Below are positions 9,440 to 18,406 of a DNA stretch of 37,647 nt, in pieces (within the stretch, counting starts at the first letter, position 1; every line of letters starts with the position of its first letter). The notes below the pieces were generated by a model. It was given only the letters and a program-made list of their open reading frames with translations. It made no database searches and was not told the origin of the DNA. A program made the translations under genes and the position numbers. Source of the stretch: an uncultured Muribaculaceae bacterium (GTDB taxonomy: Bacteria > Bacillota_I > Bacilli_A > RF39 > UBA660); NCBI GenBank assembly GCA_964591225.1, contig CAZQAO010000003.1, forward strand, positions 1 to 37,647. Reading direction: 5' to 3'.

Positions 9440-11212
9440 CTATTTAAAATCTTTTAAAAAATTATATAAATTATTAGCTACTTCTTGGGGGAGTAATTCT
9501 GCTAATTCTGAGACACTGGCTTGTTTCATTTTCGCTACACTACCATAAGTTTTAATGAGTTCTTTTTTCCGTTTGGCACCAATACCGGGGACAAAATCCA
9601 AAACACTACTAATACTACCTTTACTTCTAATGGAACGATGGTAATTAATCGTAAACCGGTGGACTTCATCTTGCATTCGGGTCAAATAGTGAAATAAATT
9701 ACTACTGCGATCAATTTCTCGTACTTCTAAGTTAGCTAAAACTAAATCATTCGTGCGATGATGATCATTTTTCTTAAGTCCACAGACCATAATCTCTAAA
9801 CCTAATTCTTGTAGAGCCGCTTGGGCCGCCTTAACTTGTTTCTCACCCCCATCGACGATAATTAAATCAGGTTCTTCGCTACCCTCCTCTTGCATTTTGG
9901 CATATCTTCTTGCTATCACTTCATACATAGTATGATAATCGTCATTTTTATCGACACTAACTTTAAATTTTCGATAATCATTCTTACTAGGACGACCATT
10001 TTTAAAAACAACCATTCCACTCACCGAAAAACTACCAAAAAGATTAGAATTATCAAATAAATCAATCCGATATAACTGTTTTAAACCCAGAATTTCTCTT
10101 AATTCTTCGTTAGCAATTTCCGTTTTATATTCATCTTTTTTAATTAATTCAATTTCTCGTTCTAAATTTAACTTACTATTTAAATTAGCCATATCTAGAA
10201 GTTTTTTCTTAGGTCCGCGACTGGGAACTACAAAATGCGTGGGAATACAACCAGCTAAGATAGTTTGATTTAAATTAGCCGGAATCAGTATTTCTTTGGG
10301 AACTTCATGGCGGGTATAAAATTGGACCAGATAATATTCTAAATCATCTTCTAATTCACTAATAATTGGAAAAATATCGGTTTTTCCCCCAACTAGTTTA
10401 CCATTACGGATAAAAAAGATTTGAATACTTATATAACCTTTATCAAAATAATAACCAAAGACATCCCGATTAACAAAATCATGTAATTCGACTTTTTGTT
10501 TATTCATGACAATTTTAATATATTCTAATTCTTTTTTCATTTCTAAAGCCATTTCAAAATTTAAATTATCACTATATTCTTGCATCTTTTGTTCTAACCG
10601 TTCCGTCAAAATCTTATCATTGCCATTTAAAAAACTTAATATCTCTTTTTCCATGGCAGCTAGTTTATCTTGATCTAAAACTTTACTACAGTAACCTAAA
10701 CATTCATTGATATGATAATATAAGCATAATTCTTTAGGATTACCATCACATTTTTTTAAAGGATAAATCCGATTTAAAAGATTAACAATTCTTCTGGCAG
10801 CATAAGCATTAGGATACGGACCAAATATTTTTTTATTATCTTTTTTCTTAATATGTAAATAACGCGATACTTTTACTTTGGGATAGGGTTTCGAAATATA
10901 TTCGATGTAAGGATAACTTTTATCATCTTTTAATAAGATATTATATTTAGGATTAAATTCTTTGATTAAATTAATTTCGATGATGAATGCTTCTAATTCA
11001 CTATTGGCGACGATATAAGTAAAATCAGCTATTTCTTGAACCATCTTCGCCGTTTTACCAGTTTGAGTGCGATTAAAATACGAAGAAACCCGTTTATGCA
11101 GATCTTTAGCCTTACCCACATAAATAATATTACCTTGGTCATTACGCATTTGATAACTTCCTGGTAAATGTGGGACGAGGGATAATTTCTTTTTAATTTG
11201 GTTAGAATTCAT
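9440..11212 (-). CDS. uvrC: Excinuclease ABC subunit C
   Basis: GIY-YIG N-terminus (PGSYQMRNDQGNIIYVGKAKDLHKRVSSYF), central UvrC domain, C-terminal helix-hairpin-helix (VPGIGAKRKKELIKTYGS). ATG 11212 is preferred over GTG 11224. Confidence 0.95.
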   Translation of the reverse strand: MNSNQIKKKLSLVPHLPGSYQMRNDQGNIIYVGKAKDLHKRVSSYFNRTQTGKTAKMVQEIADFTYIVANSELEAFIIEINLIKEFNPKYNILLKDDKSYPYIEYISKPYPKVKVSRYLHIKKKDNKKIFGPYPNAYAARRIVNLLNRIYPLKKCDGNPKELCLYYHINECLGYCSKVLDQDKLAAMEKEILSFLNGNDKILTERLEQKMQEYSDNLNFEMALEMKKELEYIKIVMNKQKVELHDFVNRDVFGYYFDKGYISIQIFFIRNGKLVGGKTDIFPIISELEDDLEYYLVQFYTRHEVPKEILIPANLNQTILAGCIPTHFVVPSRGPKKKLLDMANLNSKLNLEREIELIKKDEYKTEIANEELREILGLKQLYRIDLFDNSNLFGSFSVSGMVVFKNGRPSKNDYRKFKVSVDKNDDYHTMYEVIARRYAKMQEEGSEEPDLIIVDGGEKQVKAAQAALQELGLEIMVCGLKKNDHHRTNDLVLANLEVREIDRSSNLFHYLTRMQDEVHRFTINYHRSIRSKGSISSVLDFVPGIGAKRKKELIKTYGSVAKMKQASVSELAELLPQEVANNLYNFLKDFK

Positions 11213-11322
11213 TTCATCACCCACTTCCTTATTTATTATAACATAGCTTAATTATATTATTTTGATAAAATACTATTTTTTATTCTGGCAAAACAAGATA
11301 TAATTAAAAGAAGGTGGAACTC

Positions 11323-11673
11323 ATGAAACTAATTAGAACCTATTCTTATGTAGTTAAAAAGTCGGAATTTATAGCTTATTATTATGAAATAGCTAGCTTA
11401 GAAGAAGCAAGACAAGTGTTAGAAAACTTAAAAAAAGAGCATAAAAAAGCCCGGCATATTCCTTATGCTTATAAAATAGATAATATAATTAAAAAAAGTG
11501 ATGATAAAGAGCCTTCTGGTACTGCTGGTAATCCAATTTATCAATATATACTAAGAGAGAATTTAAATCATGTCTTAATTGCGGTCGTTCGCTATTTTGG
11601 AGGTTTAAAACTAGGTAGTGGTCCCCTTTTACGGGCTTATAGTAATGCTGTAAAAAATGTCTTAAAAAAATAG
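11323..11673 (+). CDS. YigZ/IMPACT-family (UPF0029) protein, N-terminal domain only
   Basis: Motifs DDKEPSGTAGNPI and VVRYFGGLKLGSGPLLRAY. ATG 11323 with RBS aaggtgg is preferred over GTG 11314. Confidence 0.75.
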   Translation: MKLIRTYSYVVKKSEFIAYYYEIASLEEARQVLENLKKEHKKARHIPYAYKIDNIIKKSDDKEPSGTAGNPIYQYILRENLNHVLIAVVRYFGGLKLGSGPLLRAYSNAVKNVLKK

Positions 11674-11683
11674 AGCTAAAACT

Positions 11684-11980
11684 CTATGATATCTCTTGTA
11701 AAATACTTCTAATTTCGGCTTCAGTTTTCAAACCGATTTCTTTTCTTTGTTCTATTCCATCTTTAAAAAAGATTAAGGTTGGAATACTCATAATACCATA
11801 TTTTTGAGCTAAATCTTCATGTTCATCAGTATTAATTTTAACAATCGAAACATCATCCATTTTTTCTAAAATTGAGCCCATCATTTTACAAGGTCCACAC
11901 CAATCAGCATAAAAATCTACCACATAAACACCCTTTTTAATAACATCTTCTAAGTTTTCTTTTTCTAAATATTTAATCAT
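11684..11980 (-). CDS. trxA: Thioredoxin
   Basis: WCGPC active site. 98 aa with a typical thioredoxin-fold sequence. Confidence 0.95.
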   Translation of the reverse strand: MIKYLEKENLEDVIKKGVYVVDFYADWCGPCKMMGSILEKMDDVSIVKINTDEHEDLAQKYGIMSIPTLIFFKDGIEQRKEIGLKTEAEIRSILQEIS

Positions 11981-11992
11981 TTTTTATCTCCT

Positions 11993-12643
11993 TTATTTTA
12001 TCTTATTTTGAGCTTTTAAATTAGCTAAATTATCTTCACTAATAAGTTCGTACTTTAAAAGAATTTGAATAGCTTCATTATTTTTTTCTTCATCAGATAC
12101 CTCTTTCTTACTTAAATCAGTAAATTCTTTAATAGCTTGATAAGAATCTTCCATTACATTCGAAATCACCGGCGAACTACTTAAAATACGATCTACTAAT
12201 TTACTTTCGTTTAATAACTCGCTATTAACATTAAAACAAGCTAAGACAAATAAAATAATATATAAAAATAAATAAGATTCGATAAAACCAAAAATCGCTC
12301 CTAAAATTTTACTAGGTATCGCTAAGACTACTGTCATTTTTAATACATCTTCTAGAAGACCGGAAATTTTAATAACAATATTTAACACAATCTTTAAGAC
12401 AGCAAATATTAAAACGAAAGCAATAACTTCATAGATAATAATATTAATAGCTTCGATAGAAAAGTTAAAAAATGGCAGATGACTATATAAAAATACTGCT
12501 AAAGGATCTTTAAGCCAGAAAGATAATAAAAGAATTAAAATCGTTCCGACAAACGAAACAACACTTTTAATAACGCCCTTTTTAAAACCAATAACGGCAC
12601 CTAATAACAAAAATAAAATAATAACTGCATCAATAATACCCAT
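11993..12643 (-). CDS. cvpA: CvpA-family (colicin V production) membrane protein
   Basis: N-terminus IDAVIILFLLLGAVIGFKKGVIKSV and 4 TM helices. Divergent from rnhC, as in the Bacillus yshB-rnhC arrangement. Confidence 0.7.
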   Translation of the reverse strand: MGIIDAVIILFLLLGAVIGFKKGVIKSVVSFVGTILILLLSFWLKDPLAVFLYSHLPFFNFSIEAINIIIYEVIAFVLIFAVLKIVLNIVIKISGLLEDVLKMTVVLAIPSKILGAIFGFIESYLFLYIILFVLACFNVNSELLNESKLVDRILSSSPVISNVMEDSYQAIKEFTDLSKKEVSDEEKNNEAIQILLKYELISEDNLANLKAQNKIK

Positions 12644-12719
12644 ATCTCATCTACCTTCACTACTATTATATTATATTATTAGTGAAAAAGAAAGATTTTT
12701 GTGTTAAAATCAATTCGAG

Positions 12720-13673
12720 GTGATTGCTTTGACAATTGTATTCAAAGTAAGTGAAAATGTTCAACAAAAAATGATTGAGTATTATAAAGATTGTCGGCGG
12801 GAAAAAACTCCCCCCTATGCTATTTTTCAAGCTTTAGAAGCCGATACTATTATTACTTTATACGAAAGTGGCAAAGCTATGTTTCAAGGGACTAGTGCGG
12901 ATGTCGATGCTAATATCTGGGCAGATATGGAAAAGAAACTCAATAATCGAACTATCGATGTTACTGAAACCAAACGCAAAAGTGAAAAATACAAAGAAGA
13001 ATTAAGTTATTATTATAGTTTTTCGACAATTGGTTCTGATGAAGTTGGAACTGGCGATTACTTTGGCCCCATTATTGTAACAGCATCATACGTCGATACT
13101 AATAAAATCGATTTCATTAATGAATTAGGAGTAAAAGATTCGAAAAAATTAACTGATGAAAAAATTAAACAAATAGCTCCCGTATTAATGAAAGAAATAC
13201 CTTTTGTATCCTATACTTTAAATAATCCTGATTATAATAAATTTCAAGCTAAAGGTTATAATATGAATAAAATAAAAGCTATTCTTCATAATAAAGTCTT
13301 ATATAGTATTACTCATAAAGAAGAACAATACCCTTACGAAAAAATTATTATTGATCAATTTGTCTATCCTCGCAAATACTTTGAACATATTTTAGAAGCT
13401 AAAGAAAAAGTAACCAATGTTACGTTTATCACTAAAGCAGAAAGTAAATGTGCTAGTGTCGCGGTAGCTAGTGTTATCAGTCGCTATTTATTTTTAAAAA
13501 AGATGGATGAGTTATCAGATGAACTCGGAATGGAAATTCCGAAGGGTGCTAATAACATCGTCGATGAAGTAGGAACCGAGATTGTTAAAAAATATGGTTT
13601 TGCCAAATTAAATGAAGTAGCCAAATTAAATTTTAAAAATACAGAAAAAATAAAAGAAGCTTTACATTTATAA
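12720..13673 (+). CDS. rnhC: Ribonuclease HIII
   Basis: N-terminal TBP-like domain (ITLYESGKAMFQG). Catalytic motifs GSDEVGTGDYFGP and DSKKL. Start is ambiguous: the track's GTG 12720 overlaps the RBS gaggtg, so TTG 12729 (6-nt spacing) may be the real start. Confidence 0.9.
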   Translation: MIALTIVFKVSENVQQKMIEYYKDCRREKTPPYAIFQALEADTIITLYESGKAMFQGTSADVDANIWADMEKKLNNRTIDVTETKRKSEKYKEELSYYYSFSTIGSDEVGTGDYFGPIIVTASYVDTNKIDFINELGVKDSKKLTDEKIKQIAPVLMKEIPFVSYTLNNPDYNKFQAKGYNMNKIKAILHNKVLYSITHKEEQYPYEKIIIDQFVYPRKYFEHILEAKEKVTNVTFITKAESKCASVAVASVISRYLFLKKMDELSDELGMEIPKGANNIVDEVGTEIVKKYGFAKLNEVAKLNFKNTEKIKEALHL

Positions 13674-13690
13674 GATGAAAGCTTTTTTTA
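13657..13690 (+). terminator. Possible rho-independent terminator of rnhC
   Basis: aagcttt (13657-13663) pairs with aaagctt (13678-13684) across a 14-nt loop, followed by a T-run. The stem is weak and overlaps the stop codon. Confidence 0.35.
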
Positions 13691-13783
13691 TGCCTCCTAA
13701 CTATTTTTATAAATACAACAAATGTATTCACATATCGACACACCGTTAATTTTGAATAGTATAAAAATTATAGGAGGTTGAGC

Positions 13784-14026
13784 ATGTATTACACAGATCG
13801 ATTACAATGGGTTCGCGATTGTAAAAATATGACTCAAAAAGAAGTAGCTTCCAAGCTTGGTCTTAAGCAACAACAATATGCTAGATACGAAAAAGGAGTC
13901 AATATTATGCCAGTAACCCATCTTGCTAACGTATGTAAAATCTTTGATGTATCAGCGGATTATATATTAGGCTTAACAGATAGAATGGAGCCTTTAACTA
14001 ATAAGGAAAAAGTTAATAATTCTTAA
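13784..14026 (+). CDS. Small XRE-family HTH transcriptional regulator
   Basis: MTQKEVASKLGLKQQQYARYEKGVNIMPVTHLANVCKIFDVSADYILGL. ATG 13784 with RBS aggagg 6 nt upstream (the track starts at TTG 13778). The 3' end overlaps convergent mtaB by 14 nt. Confidence 0.8.
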   Translation: MYYTDRLQWVRDCKNMTQKEVASKLGLKQQQYARYEKGVNIMPVTHLANVCKIFDVSADYILGLTDRMEPLTNKEKVNNS

Positions 14027-15299
14027 CTTTTTCTTTTATATTACCAGTTATATAAGGATAATCTATACTATTTAAAGTAACCCAAACTAAAGTATTTTTA
14101 GCTAATTTTTCTTTAATTTGAACTTTTAAATAATTAGTAGTATGGCCATAAGAATATTGTTCGTCGCCTTCTTCAATTAAAACTTCCATAGTTTGACCTA
14201 GAAATTGACTGGCATACTTTATTTCTAAATCTTTACTAACAGCATTTAAAAGCCGACTCCGTCTTTTCTTTTCAGCCTCTTCTACTTGCATTGGCATTGT
14301 ACTTGCCACCGTTTTATCTCTTTTAGAATAAGGAAAGACATGAATTTTAGCAAAACCTAAATCTTGACAAGTTTGAACTGTTTCTAAGAATTCTTTTTCC
14401 GTTTCATAAGGATGCCCCACAATTACATCAGTAGTAATGCTGACGTCTTTTTTAATGCTTCGTAAATAAGCAATCTTTTCTCGGTATTCTTCACAAGTAT
14501 ATTTACGATTCATTTTCTTTAAAATAGTATTACTCCCTGATTGTAAAGGAATATGAAAATGATTGACTACTTTGTCATTAACAGCTATTTCCTTTAATAA
14601 TTTAGGATTTAATTCAGTTACTTCGACCGAAGAAAGTCTGATTCTTTTTAAATTATCGATCTTACTCATTTCTCTAATTAAATCAGCTAAATCGTAACCT
14701 TCTGCACTATGATAAGAACCAGTATGGATTCCGGTTAAAACTATTTCTTGATGCCCATTATGAACTAAAGTTTCAATCTCTTGCAAAGCTTTAGCAAATG
14801 ATTTATTACGAGTATTTTTGCGAATATAAGGGATAATACAATAACTGCAAAAATTATTACAACCATCTTGAATTTTAACAAAAGCTCGCGTATGACAATT
14901 AAATTTATCTACTGCCATATCTTCAAAATCGTAGTTATCATCATCATAAAAACGCGTTAGAGGTTGTTTAGCTTGTAAATAAGTATCTAGTATTTCGACA
15001 ATCCGACTTTTATCTTTATTACCTAGTAAAATATCGATACCCATTGTTTCATACAATTGACGATTATTTTCACTACTACAACCACATACAACTAAAGTTT
15101 TCCCTAGTCTTTTGGCATGACGAACTTGTTTAATCGACTTTTTATCCGCCATATTGGTAACCGAACAGGTATTAATAATAATTAAATCCGCCTCTTCTAA
15201 GGAGGTATTTTCATAACCATTTTGTAGTAATTTTTCTTTCATAATTTCACTTTCGTAAAGATTTACTTTGCACCCTAAAGTAACAATATGAAATTTCAT
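14013..15299 (-). CDS. mtaB: tRNA methylthiotransferase MtaB (YqeV family, radical SAM)
   Basis: MTTase N-domain TLGCKVN, radical-SAM CNNFCSYCIIP, C-terminal TRAM-like region. Same position as yqeV at the end of the Bacillus dnaK operon. Confidence 0.85.
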   Translation of the reverse strand: MKFHIVTLGCKVNLYESEIMKEKLLQNGYENTSLEEADLIIINTCSVTNMADKKSIKQVRHAKRLGKTLVVCGCSSENNRQLYETMGIDILLGNKDKSRIVEILDTYLQAKQPLTRFYDDDNYDFEDMAVDKFNCHTRAFVKIQDGCNNFCSYCIIPYIRKNTRNKSFAKALQEIETLVHNGHQEIVLTGIHTGSYHSAEGYDLADLIREMSKIDNLKRIRLSSVEVTELNPKLLKEIAVNDKVVNHFHIPLQSGSNTILKKMNRKYTCEEYREKIAYLRSIKKDVSITTDVIVGHPYETEKEFLETVQTCQDLGFAKIHVFPYSKRDKTVASTMPMQVEEAEKKRRSRLLNAVSKDLEIKYASQFLGQTMEVLIEEGDEQYSYGHTTNYLKVQIKEKLAKNTLVWVTLNSIDYPYITGNIKEKVKNY

Positions 15300-15324
15300 G
15301 CCCTCACCTCTTTTTAGCGTTCCT

Positions 15325-15334
15325 ATTATATCAT
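15325..15334 (-). promoter_or_regulatory. Extended -10 promoter element (TGaTATAAT) upstream of mtaB
   Basis: The minus strand reads tgatataat about 25 nt upstream of ATG 15299. I see no good -35. Confidence 0.4.
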
Positions 15335-15361
15335 ATTTTAGCCTTAAAAAAAGAAGATTCT

Positions 15362-15865
15362 CTATTTATTTAGCTCTTGATTTAACTCTTTTAAAGCGGT
15401 AAGAAAATCTTCTTCATCTGTATATTTAAGTAAATGGTGAGGTTTTAGTTGTATCTCATCATTATTAGTATCTATTACGTGATCTAAATCAATTTTTTTA
15501 ATTGATACTTCATCATTAGTAATTTCTTCTTCGTTGTAGTTTAAATTTTCATTTTTATTGCGAGCCAGTAATTCGTCATAACTAATAATGGCCTTTTCTT
15601 CTTGATCTTTTTCATAGCTCGTCATTTCAATGTTGGGGGGATCGTTATTAGAAATACTTTTAACGACCGCATTTAAATCAAGATCTTGATTATTTTCTAT
15701 TTCGTTTTTATAAGCCTCTGCTGCTTCCTCTTCTTCATTAGCTTTGACAATATAAACTAAAGATACAATCAAAATAATAAGAGCTAAAACGGCAAAGTAT
15801 AATAAAATATCGATCCGATCTAAATTTTTCATAAAATTGATAATATCACGAATTAATTCTGGCAT
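15362..15865 (-). CDS. Hypothetical N-terminally anchored acidic protein
   Basis: One TM helix (ILLYFAVLALIILIVSLVYIV), then a Glu/Asp/Asn-rich soluble region. No recognisable motif. Confidence 0.6.
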   Translation of the reverse strand: MPELIRDIINFMKNLDRIDILLYFAVLALIILIVSLVYIVKANEEEEAAEAYKNEIENNQDLDLNAVVKSISNNDPPNIEMTSYEKDQEEKAIISYDELLARNKNENLNYNEEEITNDEVSIKKIDLDHVIDTNNDEIQLKPHHLLKYTDEEDFLTALKELNQELNK

Positions 15866-15921
15866 AAATTTCTACTCCTTTTATTTATTTATTTTAACAT
15901 AATATTTAAATTAAAAGCAAA

Positions 15922-17196
15922 TTACTTATCGGTTTCTATTACATAAGGATCTTCTTCGGTCCCTGAACCAGTTACATAAGTTCTTTTCATAATATTAATT
16001 ACCGGTTTTAAACCCCGGTAGTAACTACCGACACTTTCGGTTTTTAAACTACCATTTTCCCCAATTTCAAAAAAGTGAATCTCGTTACCATCATTACTAG
16101 CAGGAGTTAAGGTCCAAAACGAAGTATTTTTACCGGGAGTATATAAATAATAAGCGGTATTAGCACTATTCTTACTAGCACCCGCATAAACTGCTTCATC
16201 AGCAGTCAATAAACCAATTTTGGCATTAAAACGATCCCCTAAACAATTAGCTACCGGATTATAATCAGTAAGTAACCGGGAATATCCTAAGTAATAAGTT
16301 GTATTATTAATCATTTCCGCTACGGAATCATCGATACAGTACTTAGAATTGACGATATAACGTTCATAAGAATTTAAATATATATCGTACCAATTTTTTA
16401 AAGTTTCTAACATATTACCTTGCGTATAGTTTAATTTCTCTTCAATTGAGGCGGTACTATCCGTATTATAATAATTAGAAGTTTCTTCGATATAATCATC
16501 TAAAACTAGTTTGACAGTTTTATCGCCATTAATTTTTACAATCCGCCAGGTAAGGCTGGCAAAAGAAACATAATTATTAGGAACTTGACCCCGAAAATAG
16601 TAAGCAGAACCAAAATCATCCGTAGTTTCAATTAAACCTTCATTTTCGGTAGCAACATTTTCTCCTAATTTCGTTTTAGCATTATTTTGTACTTGATTAT
16701 CATTTAAGATAGTAGCTGCAAAGTAATCTTGCTCTTCTTGCTCTCTAGATACTTCTAACTCTGCTTTTAAACTAGCATGAGAATTATCATATAAAATTAA
16801 AGTATAAGTATGAGTTTCGTGAGGTTCGATATCAATATAACTAAATAAATAAGCTTCTAAAGAGGGAAAAGGAACATGATCAAAATTTACTTTATTCGTC
16901 TTTTCTACTAAGGAATATAATAAATTTTCTTGATTACTAGCAATATCTTTTACTTGCAACGAATAAGATATTTTTTCTTCCGTATTATTGGTAACGGAAA
17001 TAACATAACTTGTTTCTTGGCCACTATAACGAATAGTATTACCATTTAAATAATTAATTGATAATCCATCTTGAACAACGACCACAGCACTTTCTAAATA
17101 ATTATTTTTATAATATAAATAAGAAATCGCTAGAAAAATGGAAAATATTAATAAAAGACCAATAATTCTTAATTTAACTTTATATTTTTTCTTCAT
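15922..17196 (-). CDS. Membrane-anchored surface protein with C-terminal lectin-like 'W-T-L-T-P ... G-L-K-P-V-I-N' module
   Basis: N-terminal TM anchor. Contains AYYFRGQVPNNYVSFASLTWRIVKINGDKTVKLV. C-terminus reads FWTLTPASNDGNEIHFFEIGENGSLKTESVGSYYRGLKPVINIMKRTYVTGSGTEEDPYVI. This is the same module type as the C-terminus of 36402..37647. Confidence 0.7.
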   Translation of the reverse strand: MKKKYKVKLRIIGLLLIFSIFLAISYLYYKNNYLESAVVVVQDGLSINYLNGNTIRYSGQETSYVISVTNNTEEKISYSLQVKDIASNQENLLYSLVEKTNKVNFDHVPFPSLEAYLFSYIDIEPHETHTYTLILYDNSHASLKAELEVSREQEEQDYFAATILNDNQVQNNAKTKLGENVATENEGLIETTDDFGSAYYFRGQVPNNYVSFASLTWRIVKINGDKTVKLVLDDYIEETSNYYNTDSTASIEEKLNYTQGNMLETLKNWYDIYLNSYERYIVNSKYCIDDSVAEMINNTTYYLGYSRLLTDYNPVANCLGDRFNAKIGLLTADEAVYAGASKNSANTAYYLYTPGKNTSFWTLTPASNDGNEIHFFEIGENGSLKTESVGSYYRGLKPVINIMKRTYVTGSGTEEDPYVIETDK

Positions 17197-17224
17197 GTTC
17201 TCTCAAACCCTTTATTATATTATA

Positions 17225-17253
17225 AGTATAACAATGCTGTATTTTCTTGTCAA
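17225..17253 (-). promoter_or_regulatory. SigA-type promoter for the 424-aa surface-protein gene (TTGACA-17-TATACT)
   Basis: Minus strand has ttgaca (17253-17248), a 17-nt spacer, then tatact (17230-17225). This lies about 30 nt upstream of ATG 17196 and just downstream of the dnaJ terminator. Confidence 0.6.
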
Positions 17254-17271
17254 ATAAACCCGAATTAGGAA

Positions 17272-17298
17272 ATGTAAAAAAATGCCCGCAAGCATTTT
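17272..17298 (-). terminator. Rho-independent terminator of dnaJ
   Basis: Minus strand reads aaaatgc-ttgcgg-gcatttt followed by tttacatt (7-T run in total). It overlaps the dnaJ stop codon. Confidence 0.6.
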
Positions 17299-18406
17299 AT
17301 TTTAAATATTTTTTAAAGTTTTTAAAGGCAATATCATCTTCTAAGTCTGTATCTGCTAAATCTTCTAATAATTTGCGTTGTTTCCGATTTAATTTTTGTG
17401 GAGTGATGACATTTAAAATGACATACATATCTCCTCTTCGAATAGAGTTAGGAACCTTGATACCTTTACCTTTTAATTTTAATTTATCCTTTGATTGTGC
17501 TCCCGCTTTAATATCTAAGACCACATTACTTTCTAAAGTCGGAATTTCTTTTTTACATCCTAAAGCGGCTTCGGATATAGTAAGTGGAACTTCTAGGTAA
17601 ATATCTTCTTCATCCCGTTCAAAGAATTCATGTTTCTTAACATTAAATTCGATATAGATGTCGCCATTAGGTCCCCCATTAATTCCAGCTTCTCCTTTAC
17701 CCGAAATGCGTAATTGATAACCATTATCTACTCCCTCTGGAACCGTTACAATAATTTCTTTATTGGTTTTAACAAGACCAGTTCCTCGACAATCAGGACA
17801 TTTCTTTTCAAAAACATGACCAGTTCCATCACATTCATTACAAGTAGTTTGAGTTTGAAATAAACCAAACATTGATTTTTGTTCGACGATAATCGTTCCT
17901 CGGCCTTTACATTTGGGACAAGTTTTTTCATTGAATCCACCCGCTCCATGACAAGAATGACATACTTCATTTAAATCTAAATGAATACTTTTTTTACAGC
18001 CAAAGACGGCTTCTTCAAAAGTTAAATTCATACTTATAACCCGGTCGCGACCCTTAACTGGACCATTTTTTCCTCTTCTAGAACTACCAAAATTAAAGCC
18101 AAAAGAAGAACCAAATAAATCATCGAAGATGCTACTTAAATCAATATCATCGGCACTAAATCCTGAGAAACCACTAGATCCACTTTCAAAAGCTGCATGA
18201 CCAAATTGATCATATTGGCGTCTTTTTTCTGGATCAGAAAGAATAGCATAAGCTTCTCCGATCTCTTTAAATTTTTCTTCCGCTCCGGGTTCTTTATTAA
18301 CATCAGGATGATATTGTTTAGCTAACTTTCGAAAAGCTCTTTTAATATCTTCGTCAGAGGCATCTTTGGCAACCCCTAGGACTTCATAATAATCTTTTTT
18401 ATTCAT
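17297..18406 (-). CDS. dnaJ: Molecular chaperone DnaJ
   Basis: J domain ([15 protein letters not shown]), a G/F-rich linker, and four CxxCxGxG zinc motifs ([32 protein letters not shown]). ATG 18406 ([12 protein letters not shown]) is preferred over GTG 18415 and forms an ATGAATAA overlap with the pepF stop. Confidence 0.95.
   Translation of the reverse strand: MNKKDYYEVLGVAKDASDEDIKRAFRKLAKQYHPDVNKEPGAEEKFKEIGEAYAILSDPEKRRQYDQFGHAAFESGSSGFSGFSADDIDLSSIFDDLFGSSFGFNFGSSRRGKNGPVKGRDRVISMNLTFEEAVFGCKKSIHLDLNEVCHSCHGAGGFNEKTCPKCKGRGTIIVEQKSMFGLFQTQTTCNECDGTGHVFEKKCPDCRGTGLVKTNKEIIVTVPEGVDNGYQLRISGKGEAGINGGPNGDIYIEFNVKKHEFFERDEEDIYLEVPLTISEAALGCKKEIPTLESNVVLDIKAGAQSKDKLKLKGKGIKVPNSIRRGDMYVILNVITPQKLNRKQRKLLEDLADTDLEDDIAFKNFKKYLK

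Noticed and set aside
14013-14026. 14-nt convergent overlap of the small XRE gene with the mtaB 3' end as an antisense regulatory device
   Set aside because: Short convergent overlaps are common in compact AT-rich genomes. I see no extended complementarity or structure beyond the shared stop region.
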